Origin: Chiloscyllium plagiosum
Taxonomy: Eukaryota
Reading direction: 5' to 3'
Length of the DNA stretch: 64,000 nt
Assembly (NCBI RefSeq): GCF_004010195.1
Contig: NC_057752.1
Span: forward strand, 6,150,044-6,214,043
Below are positions 39,302 through 51,614 of the stretch, piece after piece; position 1 is the stretch's first letter, and every line of letters starts with the position of its first letter. The position numbers and the translations under genes are program-made. The notes below the pieces were generated by a model, which did not search any database, was not told where the DNA came from, and was given only the letters and a program-made list of their open reading frames with translations.

Positions 39302-41134
39302 CTGGGGAGGAAAAAAATAGCAACGTCAGAAGTCTGGAAGTGAATCCCAATCGAGTCATAGTGAGTTCAGCTATGTTGAGTGTCAGGCATGTAAGGCGAG
39401 GCTGGACAGTCTTTAATGTTAAGAGTATAACAGGGAAGACTGATGAGTTAATGGCGTGGATTGACACAGGGAAGTATGATATTATTGCCATCACAGAAAC
39501 ATGGTTCAGGGAAGGGCTGGACTGGCAATTCAACATTCCAGGGTGTAGGATCTTCAGGTGAGACAGAGGAGGGTGTAAAAAGGGTGGTGACGTTGCACTA
39601 TTAATTAAGGAGTCAATTATTGCAATAAGGAGAAATTATATCTTGGAAGAGTCCTTAAACGAGGCTTTGTGAGTAGAACTTAGGAATGTTAAGGGGCCAG
39701 CTACTTTACTGCGAGTGTATAATAGGCCCCCAAAGTGTCAGTGGGAAACAGAGGAGCAAATAAGTAGACAGTTTACAGAAGTGTGTAAGAGTAATAATCA
39801 GATAGTTATATTAGGGGATTTCAACTTTCCCACATAAATTGGGATAGTCATAGTGTTAAGGAATTAAAGGGGGCGGATTTCTTGAAACGTATCCAAGAGT
39901 TGTTTACATCAATACACAGAAGGCCCTTCAAGGGACAGCACAGTGCTGGGTCTGGTTCTGGGCAAAGAAGCCGGACAAGTGTTCAATGTGTCAGTCGGGG
40001 AACATTTTAGAAACAGCGACCACAACATGGTATGGTTCAACTTTGTTCTGGACAAGGAAAAAGTTGGCCTGCAAAAGATAGCTATGGATTGGGGGAAGGC
40101 AGATTTTATTAAACTAAAGCAGGATCTGGTCACAGTAGACTGGGAACAGTACAGGTCCAACATGTATCTTTTACAGGGAAATGTAGGAGCAATAAGTTCA
40201 GAGAACCCTGGATGTTTAAGACAATTCAGGACTGGATAAGGAAGAAGAATAGGGCTTTAGCAAGTCCAAAGGGAGCAATACAGCTATGGCCCGAGAGGAA
40301 TACAAGAAGTGCAGGAGGGAACTTAAGGAAGAAATTAGAAGAACAAAAAGGGGGCATGAGAAAGGACTTGCAAACAGGATTAGGGGGAATCTTAAGATAT
40401 TTCACAAATACAAACAGTCGGGCCCCATTATGGACCAAGAGTGCAACCTGCGTATGAAACCGCAGGATATTGGTAGGGTGTTGAATTAGTACTTCTCTCT
40501 GGTTTCCACGCTGGAAAAAGAGAATGTAGAGATGGAATTCAGGAAATGGGGCTGTGAGGAATTTACACAGTTTGACAGAGGAAATGGGGAGGTATTGCAG
40601 GCTCTGTCAGGCTTTAAAAAAAAATTCCTTGGTCCTGATGAATTGCATCCAGTCTGCTGTGGGAGGCAAGGCAGGAAAGTGCAAGGGCCCTGACATGAAT
40701 TTTTAATTCCTCTCTGGCCACAGCGGGAAATGCCAGAGGATTGGAGGACGGCAAATGTGGTTCCACTTTTTAAGAAGGGCGGGAGAACTGAACCAGGAAA
40801 TTACAGACTGGTGAGTCTCACATCAGTGATAGGAAAACTATTGGGAGAAAATTCTGAAGGAGTGAATTAATACCCACTTGGAAAGGCATGGGTTAATTAG
40901 GAATAGTCAGCATGGCTTGTTCAGAGGGAGGTCGTGTCTAACAAATTTATTAGAATATTTTGAAAATGTGATCAAGTGTATTGATGAGGGAAGTTTAGTT
41001 GATATAGTTTATATGGATTTTAGCAAAGCTTTTGACAAGGTCCCACGTGGGAGATTGATTGAAAAGGTTAAAGCACATGAAATTAAGGGAAACTTGATAA
41101 GATGAATCAGAAACCTGGTTATCTAATAGGACAC

Positions 41135-41263
41135 GAGCTGAAAATGTGTTGCTGGAAAAACGCAGCAGGTCAGGCAGCATCCAAGGAGGAGGAGAATCGA
41201 CGTTTCGGGCATGAGCCCTTCTTCAGGAATTTTTCTCCAGCATCTGCAGTCCTCACTTTCTCC
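41135..41263. mobile_element. Penelope-type insertion, family P1, nested in CR1 RT
   Basis: One arm plus an inverted 30-nt tail; TSD tatctaataggacac at 41120-41134 and 41264-41278. Confidence 0.88.
41199..41226 (-). ncRNA. Minimal hammerhead ribozyme motif (family P1)
   Basis: auuc-CUGAAGA-a-gggc(ucau)gccc-GAAA-CG-UC-gauu. Confidence 0.7.
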
Positions 41264-43924
41264 TATCTAATAGGACACAAAGGGTAGTGGCAGAAGGCTG
41301 TTTGAGTGACTGGAAGCCTGTGTCCAGCAGTGTACCACAAGGATCAGTACTGGGAGCCTTATTGTTTGTTATATACATAAATGATAGAGATGAAAATGTA
41401 GGGGGGAATGTTCAGCAAATTGCAGATGACGCCAAGATTGATAGAGTGGTTAATGGCAAAAAAGATGGTTGTAGGTTGCAGGAAGATATAGATGGGTTGG
41501 TCAGATGGTATTGAACCCTGATAAGAGCAAGGTGATGCACTTTGGAAGAAGAAACAAGATGAGGGAGTATTTAATGAACAGCAAGACACTGGGTAGCTTA
41601 GAGGAAAAGAGGGATCTTGGGGTAATTATTCCCAGGTCCTTGAAGTTGGCAGAGCACATCAATAGGATAGTTAAGGCGGCATATGGGACACTTGCTTTCA
41701 TTAGTCACGGCATGGAGTATAGCAGCAAGGAGGTCATGTTGGAGCTGTACAGGTCAGGCCCCAGCTGGAGTACTGTGTGCAGTTCTGGTCACCTCACTCC
41801 AGGAAGGATGTGACAACACGTGAGGGGGTCCAGAGGAGGTTCGCCAGGATGTTGCCTGGGATGGAGAAACTGAGCGATAAGGAGAGACTAGAGAGGCTTG
41901 GATTGTTTTCTTTAGAACAGTGGAGACTGAGGTGGGGATATGATTGAGGTGTACAAGATTATGAGGGGTACAGACAGGGTGAATAGAGAGCAGCTGTTCC
42001 CCTTGGTTGAGAAGTCAATCATTGGAGGGCATAATTTTAGGGTAAGGGGCAGGAGATTCTGAGGGGATCTGGGGGAAAAGAAACCTTTTCACTCAGTGGG
42101 TGGTGGGAATCTGGAATGCACTGCCTGGGGAGGTAGTGGAGGCTGGAAACCTTACAACCTGTAAAAAATATTTGGATGAGCACTTCAAAAATAACATGCA
42201 AGCTTATGGGACAAATGCAGGAAACTGGGATTAGTGCACTTTTAGTGGTAGCTATCTTGGTGCAGACTCAATGGACTGAAGGTCCTTTTTAGTGCTGTTT
42301 GCATCTATGAAAAATACCTACGTTTTTGCCTGTGACTTTACCTGACTACCTTCACCCAGTTACAGAAAATAATAGCTAACACACAACATAAAATTTTGCA
42401 AACACGTTAACTTTTCACCTCTTAATGTAAGGAATAGACATTGGAGACCGTGCTTATACAATAACAGTCCAAGAATACCAGACCCTGCCCCAGCCTCAGC
42501 TCACCTGCTGCAGAAACTCTCATCCACGCTCTGACAATGCCTGACTTATACTCCTCAACTTAATGTTTGCATGTTCACGTTCCAAAGCACTTCTGGCTGA
42601 TCTCTCATATTCTACCTTCTGAAAACACGAGGTCCTCCAAAATTCTGCTGCTTGTGCCCTAACTTGCAAATTAATCCTGATCCTGCAATGCCCAATGCTC
42701 ACTGATCTAACTTGCTCCCAGTTTGGCAATACCCCAGTTTTCAAATCCCTTCACTCTATGGTCTTACGAACCACCACCCCCCTCTCTATAATCTCCTCCA
42801 GCCTCCAAAATTCTCTGGGAATCTGCATTCCTCCAATTCGGGCCTCTTCAGCATCCCAAATTTAAACGTCCCACCACTGGGACTGTGCCTTTAGCTGCCT
42901 GGGCTGCAAGCTCTGGAATTCCCTCCCTAAATCTCTCCACCTCACTTTCCTCTTTTAAGGTACTTCTTAAAACCTATCTCTTTAACCACGCTTTTGGTCA
43001 TCTGACTTAATACCTCCTTATGTGACTCAGTGTCATTGTTTGGTTTCTGATGCTCCTCTGAAGCACACTGAAATATTTAATTACATGAAAGATGGTATGT
43101 AACTGTAAATTGTTATGGTTTGGTCCTGTCAGTTACAGTTCCAAATCGGTTGGGTCCATTTGTTGACTTTCCCACTGCCATTGCCCCTGGACTTGGAAAG
43201 CTCTGTTCAATCTCCTGCTCTGCCTCAGTCATTTTGAGAAGGCCCCCACAGGATCCTTTGCTATTTGTGTTGATTAATTCTTGTCTCTGCTCCAGTAGTA
43301 ACATCACTGTTCTCTGGCTTAACTCCATCACGTTATTTGACATCAGTTCATTTCTCAAGATCAGTACGTTCCACAGGGTCTCTGGAGGCAGTTCTCCAGG
43401 AGACATGTTGTTCCCACTCTACGTCCTCCTCCCTGGACAGTTAAAAATGGCAACTCACCCAAGCAGTGTGTGTGCGTGCATATGTGTGTGTTATAGAGAC
43501 AGTGTGTGTGTGTGAGGGTCTGTGTCTTTGTCATTGCCTATCACAAAAGGAGGCCACCCCTCCCACCTCCAGTTTGATGATGCCTAATTTCAACATCCTT
43601 ATTGCCATGCTGAGATCACGTAGACGGATCTAGGCCTGTTACTGAACTCCCAGTTGCCAGCACTGTTCTGAAACCCAGCCTGCAGTGTAAATCTGACACA
43701 TTCTCAGCAATCCAGCCACTCTTTGGAGGATCCTGTCAGATAGAATATCTCGGGATATATCTTGGAGTCCCATCAGAAAAAGAAACAGTAAAACTTGCGA
43801 ATGCCTCACACCGGTCTGACTTGTCTTGTATACTTCAAAATGGAGCTGAAGTGTGACAAGTAGATTCATTACCAAGTATTTGCAGTTTTTTTTACTGGCT
43901 TTCCCTAAGGTGTCACCCCTGATT

Positions 43925-44144
43925 GGAGAAAGTGAGGTCTGCAGATGCTGGAGATCAAAGTTGAAACTTTATTGCTGGAACAGCACAGCAGGTCAGGCAG
44001 CATCCAGGGAACAGGAGATTCGACGTTTCGGGCACAGGCCCTTCTTCTTTCCTGAAGAAGGGCCTGTGCCCGAAACGTCGAATCTCCTGTTCCCTGGATG
44101 CTGCCTGACCTGCTGTGCTGTTCCAGCAATAAAGTTTCAACAAC
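43925..44144. mobile_element. Palindromic Penelope-type insertion, family P1 (young; perfect 88-bp arms)
   Basis: 43960-44047 is the exact reverse complement of 44054-44141; TSD tcacccctgattgg at 43913-43926 and 44145-44158. Confidence 0.9.
44052..44079 (+). ncRNA. Minimal hammerhead ribozyme motif (family P1)
   Basis: uuc-CUGAAGA-a-gggc(cugu)gccc-GAAA-CG-UC-gaa. Confidence 0.72.
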
Positions 44145-44197
44145 TCACCCCTGATTGGGCCCAGCTATGTTTCCATGGCAGATGAACCCTCTCTCAC

Positions 44198-44281
44198 CTG
44201 GTCTGCGAAGGCTGTATCGCAGGAGCCACTTTGTCCTCACAGAATTTCCTCATGGCAAGTGTGCTGAGAGCCTGGTCAGCC
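44198..44281 (-). CDS. TNS2: Tensin-2-like exon ADQALSTLAMRKFCEDKVAPAIQPSQT(R)
   Basis: atgcag|G...CAG|gtgaga, 84 nt, phase 2/2; MRKFCEDKV is as in TNS2. Confidence 0.95.
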
Positions 44282-44929
44282 CTGCATTAGCAAAACAGAA
44301 ATGAAAAGCTATTCATCCATAAACCTGCAGAAGGCCATAGGTTTGAAGCCCAGTCCAGAGACTGGAGCAGAAAGTCCTGAGTTCCACTCCAGTGCAGTGC
44401 TAAGGGAGTGCTACACAGCAAGAGAGGCGCTATCATTGGGATGAGGCATTAAGCGGAGACTCAGTCTGCCTGTTTAATACAATGAAAGATGGGGTGTTCA
44501 AAAAAGAACAATTTCTCCACTTGATGGTTAAGACTCAAGAAACATCATTAAAAAAATCAATCATTCATATAAGAGCATAAAAAACAGAGCTACACTTCCC
44601 CTTCTTCCAATATATAAGACAATGATTGATCTTCTTAACTCCATCTTCCTGCATTGTCCCCATATCCCTTAATTCCCTGCTGTTTTGAACATACTCATCG
44701 ACTAAAAACCCACAATCCTCTGGTATAAGAATTACAAATATTCAGAAACCATTTTGAGTGAAGACATTTCTCCCCATCTCAGTTATGAATTATCCTGAAA
44801 CTGTGAACCTGTGTTCTGCAGCCAGGGGAAATATTTTCTCACCATTCTAAGCCCCTTAACAATTTTAGATGTTGAATGAAATCACTTCTCATTCTTTTGT
44901 GGCCTAATTATTTCATTCCAGGAACCAGA

Positions 44930-45245
44930 AGATTAGATTAGATTCCTTACAGTGTGGAAACAGGCCCTTCAGCCCAACCAGTCCACACTGACCCTCCGAA
45001 GAGTAACCCACCCAGACCCATTTCCCTCCAACTAATACACCTAACACTAAGGGCAATTTAGCCAATTCACCTGACCCACACATCGTTGGACTGTGGGAGG
45101 AAATCAGAGCACCCAGAGAAAACCCACACAGACACAGAGAGAATGTGCAAACTCCACACAGACAGTCACCCGAGGCTGGAATTGAATCTGGGATCCTTGT
45201 GTTGCGAGGCAGCAGTGCTAACCACTGAGCCACCGTGCAGCCCAA
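44930..45245 (-). mobile_element. HE1-type V-SINE
   Basis: Full reverse-complement copy ending in a (tctaa)n tail. Confidence 0.88.
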
Positions 45246-45435
45246 AGGTTTGCTGCGCCAGTGTTTTCTGAAACCTTTTCCGGTCTGATCTCATTTTTAT
45301 GCCTCAGACTTTGTGTCAGCCAAGTGAAATTTTTATTTGGGGGGGGGCGGGGAGTGAGTTTGAGAGTTGGATGGGAGAGGGGAGCACTTCAGTTGTTGAT
45401 GTAATTGGGGGAAGATGGTCATGAAAAGGCAGAGT

Positions 45436-45553
45436 CTAGATTAGAGTGGTGCTGGAAAAGCACACTCGGATGCTGCCTGACCTGCTGTGCTTTTCCAGCA
45501 CCACTCTAATCTAGACTCTGGTTTCCAGCATCTGCAGTCCTTGTTTTTACCCT
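45436..45553. mobile_element. Short palindromic Penelope-type insertion (P1 variant, no ribozyme core)
   Basis: ctagattagagtggtgctggaaaagcaca / tgtgcttttccagcaccactctaatctag; TSD at(g/a)aaaaggcagagt at 45421-45435 and 45554-45568. Confidence 0.8.
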
Positions 45554-46251
45554 ATAAAAAGGCAGAGTTCCTCCAAAAAAAACCTACCCATTCACAGGCT
45601 TTCTCACAGCAATAGTAGGGCCTCAGAGAGCAGCCCACTAGGCCACGTTCACCAATAAAGCAAACGCATGTGTTTTAAGGGGCCTCGCAGCTGTCAGAAA
45701 TCAAACTGAACACCATGAGAGTCGTGCTACCTCAGAGTTCGCAATTCCACTGAGATTCACAACCCACAGTTCAGGACACCCTGCTCTAAGGCAAGTATGC
45801 CCTTCCTTAGGTAAGATGATTAAAACTCTACTATTTCTGGGTTTGTATTGTGCGCAAATTACATCAGCCTACATAACCACAGTGATGGCCTTCTAAAAAG
45901 GATCTTATTGGTTGTACTGTTCTAAGAATGTGACAAGGCTCCAAATAAAAGCTTTATGCCTGGGTTACCTTGAGCCCATTGGTGTCTACAAATGGAATCA
46001 TTTGAAGTGAGTCATCCTGCACTTTCTCATCTAGACGGTGCAGCAAAGTACATGGGGGAGGGGTTCGTTTCCACCTGCCTACAATTACTGGCCTATAATG
46101 TGAGGGTAAGAAGCGTTCACCAGTGAACACTATCAATTGGAATTCCGAACAAGGTCCATTTGCACGTGCTTTTCATCATGCCAGTGGCTGACTGGGCCCT
46201 GGCTTAGAGGGGCAGGGGAAACCTCAATAAACTGACCCCTTCAAATTTTAT

Positions 46252-46449
46252 GCGAAAGTTGTAGATGCTGGAGATCAGAGTCAAGATTAGAGTGGTGCTG
46301 GAAAGCATGGCAGGTCAGGCAGCATTGAGGAGCAGGAAAATCAACGTTTTGGGCAAAAACTCTTCATGATTCCTGATGAAGAGCTTTTGCCCGAAATATC
46401 AATTTTCCTACTCCTTGGATGGGATTTTCCAGCACCACTCTAATCTTGA
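46252..46449. mobile_element. Palindromic Penelope-type insertion (P1 variant, decayed)
   Basis: Inverted arms with cctgatgaagagcttttgcccgaaa; TSD cccttcaaattttat at 46237-46251 and 46450-46464. Confidence 0.8.
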
Positions 46450-46565
46450 CCCTTCAAATTTTATCCTGCTGTCCTGTTTGACAACTGCCTTTGGCATCTC
46501 CTGGCGCCATCATCTCATAGAGTAGTTACAAATCCAGTGTTTCCCTACTCAAATCAAGTGCTCAC

Positions 46566-46630
46566 CCTGCAGAGATCTTGCTGTAATGCATGTATGCTGC
46601 AATGATCACTCCTGTTCGACCTTTGTTGCC
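46566..46630 (-). CDS. TNS2: Tensin-2-like exon GNKGRTGVIIAAYMHYSKISA(G) (second half of P-loop)
   Basis: tcaacag|GGC...AGG|gtgagc, 65 nt, phase 0/2. Confidence 0.95.
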
Positions 46631-48017
46631 CTGTTGAGATACAAGTGTAAAGATGGTTATTGTAATCAACTCAATACCATTTACAGCAGTTCAAAACCAT
46701 GAGAAGTCTGATAGTAATAAACTGTTCCCGAAGGGTCGAAATATGGAGGCAAAATAGTTGTTACGCAGTGAGTAGGTAGGATGTGGAGTGCACTGCCTTC
46801 AAAACAGAAATGGATAATTATCCAAAGAGAAAATAAAATGCATGGCCGCAGGGAAACAGTGAGCAAGTGGGACTGTTCTTGCAAACATCCAGTATCAATA
46901 TGATGGCCTCCTTCAATGCTGTAACCATTCTGTGATTCTACAGGCAATTGGCCATGTTGTAGTTCAATCATGCAGAACAGGGCTGGGGTGGCATGCTACT
47001 CCACTCTAAATCAGTACCCACTCCTGAGAACAAAGCTTTGCTGGGTCTGACAGCCTGGCATAGTTTGGCTTGTCACCACAGTGCCCAGCCCTCCAAAGTT
47101 ACAAAGGTTTAATCCTCAGTTAGCCTCCAAGGTTGGGGAAAATCAGACTGACTTTATCCGAACAGGAGGGGTTTGTGTGTAGGTAAGATCAGGCTCGACT
47201 GTGAAACACCACACGACTGATCAGTCTCACCATGTTTCACTGCTCATGCCAACATATACTGGGTGAAATAATGAAGGCCAATGGCACTATTGAAAGGCAG
47301 CGCCTTTAGGAGAATGGGGGATGCGGGGGGAGGGCAGCGTGGACAATAAATTGCTACCTACAATTGGACCTTAATAGTGGATTCGGGACATTGGGGCAAT
47401 AAACCGATCTAATCACTGCAGCTACCAAGTAGGGTTTGCGTCAGCGTTTTCCGGGAGACTCAGGTGTCTATTTGCCCTGAAATTGAGGGGGTGAAAAAAT
47501 CCAACTTTTTAAAATTGGATAATCTGGGCACTTCTGTGATCTGGTTTCACGTGGAACCAAAGTTCTACTCCAGATTGTGAGAGACAAAGTCCTGAAGTGA
47601 GTCTTCAGTGTTTAGGTTCTATGTCCTTGAGGGTCACAACCAGTGCACCCAACACCCCTTCATATCAATGGCAAAATGTAATGATGCTACATCCTTTGCA
47701 GCAATGCTTTAGGATTTTACAATTTATGTGGTTTTCAATCTATCCAATCAAGTCAGCTGAAGTCATTTTAATAAAAACACTCTGAAGCTGATGGCAATAA
47801 GTCTTCAACTTAGCAACACTCCAAGCTGTGGCCTGTGGAGGGGGTGCAGTGTACCATATTAAATAACAGCGGCCTACTTTTGCAGGGTTGGACATGCTCA
47901 ACTGGGTATTTCCCATCAGTAAGGAGGAAATAATTTGCAGTAACACTGAGGAGACATGGATGGTTTCCTGCCCCGATTTTCCTTTCTTGGTCTCATCAGG
48001 AGCCCTTGCGCACTGAC

Positions 48018-48140
48018 CTTGCAGTGTAGAACCACGACATGATGGGAGTCTGAGTTCAGCCACATCTCCATGGCTTTGCAGATGGCACAGATCTTGTCCA
48101 AGGGAGGAGCATGAAAATCAGGCCAGCCAAAGTCATGAAC
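48018..48140 (-). CDS. TNS2: Tensin-2-like exon [41 protein letters not shown] (WPD loop, first half of P-loop)
   Basis: tttccag|GTT...AAG|gtcagt, 123 nt, phase 0/0. Confidence 0.95.
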
Positions 48141-49247
48141 CTGGAAATCAAAAGCACAGCAGCAGTTTGGGAGGGATTGCAGTTCAGAAGGTATAGAGGT
48201 GTTAATGACACAAACATTTAATCTGATGCTGCAAATTCACTGAGTGGCACCAAACTGCAAACTGTGACTGGCCACAAGCTAAGAATAATGCGCACTTCCT
48301 GGACTATACCAGATTCCATGGTGCTTGTATGAGAACAGAAGAAATAGGAGCTAGAGTGCGCCATTTGGCCTGCCAAGCCTGTTCCACCATTCAATAAAAT
48401 TGGGGCTGATCATCTACCTTAACTCCACTTTCCTGCACCATCTCTGAGTTCGCTAGTACCCCGTAAACTTACTGACCTCAGTACTGAACATACTCAATGG
48501 CTAGGCTCTCTGGGAGACAGAATTCCAAAGCTGCACAATTCTCTGAACCAAGACATTTTCCCTTCCCTCAGTCCTAAATGGCTGACTTTTTATCCCGAGA
48601 ATGTGCCCCCACATTCTAGATTCCTCTGCCAGGGGAAAACAACCTCTGAGTTTCGACTGTGTCAAGCCCCTACAAAATGTTATGTTTCAATGGGATCATC
48701 TCTCATTATTCTAAACTCCAGGGATAAGAGGCTTACCCTACTTAATCTGTCTTTTCTTATTCATTCATGGGATGTTAGTGTTGCTGGCTTGGTTAGCAGT
48801 TATTGGCCTGGAGAAGGTGGTGGGTGTTAAGCTGCCATCTTGGACCGCTGCAGTCCAGTGTGTAGGTATCCCACAGTTGTGAAGGGAGTTCCAGGATTTT
48901 CACCCAGCGATAGTAAAGAAACAGCAATATAGTTCCAAGTCAAGGTGGTGTGTAGCTCGGGGTGGAACTTGCAGGTGGTGATGTCCCCATATATCTGCTG
49001 CCCTTGTCTTTCTAGGTAGTAGTGGTCATGTATTTGGAAGGTACTGTCAAAGGATGATCCCTTCATTCAGTCTAGTGAACCTTCATTGTACTCATTTTGA
49101 AACAAGTACAGGGCCACACATGCTGTCAGCTTGAAAATGGAGAGGTTTGCATTTTCAGTCAGTCTTAATCTCACATTGGTCTAAACTCGAATTTACTTTA
49201 GAACTACAAATGTCTGAAAAACAAAATGAGAATTCAAACAGACGTAC

Positions 49248-49298
49248 CTTGGGGTTGAGTCTGCAAATGTCTTGCCTCTTTTCGGAGAGATTGAAAAG
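49248..49298 (-). CDS. TNS2: Tensin-2-like exon LFNLSEKRQDICRLNPK
   Basis: ttcatag|CTT...AAG|gtacgt, 51 nt, phase 0/0. Confidence 0.95.
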
Positions 49299-49351
49299 CT
49301 ATGAAAGAAATGAGGTTATTTTAGATTGATTGAGTGAGGGGGTGCACTGGT

Positions 49352-49690
49352 ATCATACAATCCATATAGTGCGGAAGCCGGAATTTCGGCCCACCAAGTC
49401 CATACTGACCATCCAAAAAAGCATCGCACTCAGACCCACCCCCCTACCTGTAACCCTGCATTTCCCATGGCTAATCCACCTCGCCTGCAAATTCTTGGTC
49501 ACTATGGGCAATTTAGCATGGCCAATCCACCCTAACCTGCACATGTTTGGACTGTGGGAGGAAACCGGAGCACCTGGTGGAAACTCATGCAGATACAGGG
49601 AGAATGTGTAAACTCCACACAATCGCCTGAGAGTAGAACTCAGGTCCTGACACTGTGAGGCAACAGTGCTACTCACTGAGCCACCGTGCA
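49352..49690 (-). mobile_element. HE1-type V-SINE
   Basis: Reverse-complement head, V-domain and tail; ends ~50 nt before the acceptor of exon 49248-49298. Confidence 0.8.
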
Positions 49691-51614
49691 AGGATGACGT
49701 GGTGGTGCCTATTAGTAACTGAGAATCATTGTGAATGGCTCCATTGCCTTGGATACACCATGGGTGATGGCATATTCTTGTATGGGCTAGGAGGGAGCCC
49801 TAGTTGTTGCAAATCAATTTTAAACCACAACCCCTCATCATACAATGCAGAAAACATGTCAGAACAAAAACCAAGTGTTTCTGTTTATGCTCTTGTGAAA
49901 GCACAAGTTTCTGCCCATTCACTTGAAAACCAATGGGAAATCAGGAATGCAGAGACAGAAAACCTCAACGACATTTTTAACCCAGCACCTTCTGCAGCCA
50001 CTCTGCAACCTCGCTACTAAATTCCCTTGCTACTGCTCATTCTCAGATTACATGTATGGGAATTTCTCAAAATACCAAGTTAGCAAGTTATTCCTTTGCA
50101 AAAGAAGCCGTTCAGCCCATCGAATTCATGCTGCCACTCTATAGAATCTGTGGTATTCACAGGAAGGTGCAAACGACCACAAATTTCGATCAATTAATTG
50201 CAAAGGCAGCTGGTCCCACTCAGGGATCCTCTTGGAACCTTTTGCAGCTTTTTTCACTATTGTTGTGAAGTTTGTTTTGATGGAATATTTTGCTTTAGTT
50301 TTTGCCAGTGATATCAGTAGGGTAACTGAGAAGATGCCAAGTTAAACTCAGCACTGAACCAATCCCGACTTAATGACTGTATCCATATATCTGCTGATGT
50401 CTATTAATTCAGCTCTATCTCACTTGCAATCTCAGTAATTCCTTCATGTTAAGATGACGCCATAGGTACTTGCTGTTCAGACAAAAACATCACCTCAAAA
50501 GTGATAGACAAGGAGGAGATGTTAATCATAATTCAATAGAACTGCCAGCAGAACTAAATCTCCAAGAGCATCAAGGACCAGTGGGGATTACCAATGAAGG
50601 TTGAGAAAATACTTTCTTCGTATGTTGGTCCTGCTCTTGGCTTTCTCTTCTGCCAGACTCACACCAGGATTTGTACAATTGTGCAGGGACCAGCAGTTCT
50701 GCAATGTCTCAACCAAGTCACTGCATCCTATGAACTACTTGCTGGGGGTGTTGGTGCATCCTGCACATCTTTGCACCCCCAATAGTACGCATAACAAAAC
50801 TGCCCCCTTCCACCTCCATAACATTGCCTGATCTCAGTTTATTCACCACTGAAACCTTTTTCTCTGTCTTCATTGCCTTTAGATGTGACTATTCCATCAC
50901 ACTCCCAGTTGGTCTCCCACATTCGATCATTTGCAAATTTGTGGTCATCAAAAATTCTCTTAACTCACACCAAGTCCCATTCCCTGATCTCCCTTGTAAT
51001 TGCTAACATACAATGGCTCTTGGTCAAGCTGCATCTTGATTTTCATTCTTGTTTTCAAACACCTCCATGGTCTCAACCCTCCCGATCTCTATAATCTTTT
51101 CCAGCCACATAACCTTCCAAGATAACTGTCGTCCTCTAATTTTGGCCTGTTTGTGCATTCCCGGTTACTATTGTTCCACCAATGGCAGCTGTGCCTTCAG
51201 TTTCCTGGGTGCTAAGCTCTGGAATTCCCTCCCTACACCTCTCCATCTCTCTTTCCTCATTTAAGGCAGTCCTTAGAACTTATCTCATAATCTGAACTAA
51301 CATTTCCTCATGTGTCTTGGTGTCTTACTTTGTTTTATCATGCTTCTGTGAAGCACCTTGAGCCTTTTATATGAATATAAATTGCTGCTGTAATCACCAG
51401 AAAGTCACTACCCCCAAGGGCTGATTTCAACCTTTCTGATGCAAAAAGGGTCAAAGAGATGGGAGGACAACACTAATTTTAAATCCCTGAGCTCTCGCTC
51501 AGGCCAAAACAGCACACATTGAAGATTGAAGCTGGTGACCTTCTCAATCTATGGGACTCTGCCACATTAAACCATCGTGACACCACATAATAGTCTTAAA
51601 ATGTGCTCTATACG

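Larger units (their letters stand above)
39410..42310 (+). mobile_element. CR1 LINE ORF2 (APE to 3' end), decayed
   Basis: YDIIAITETW, GDFNFP, SDHNMV, YMDFSKAFDKVP, VPQGSVLG; begins ~110 nt from the acceptor of exon 39189-39301. Confidence 0.9.

Noticed and set aside
43113..43515. Overlapping 97-aa and 131-aa ORFs in unique-looking sequence
   Set aside because: No recognisable domain, and the flanking TNS2 exons already join in frame without it
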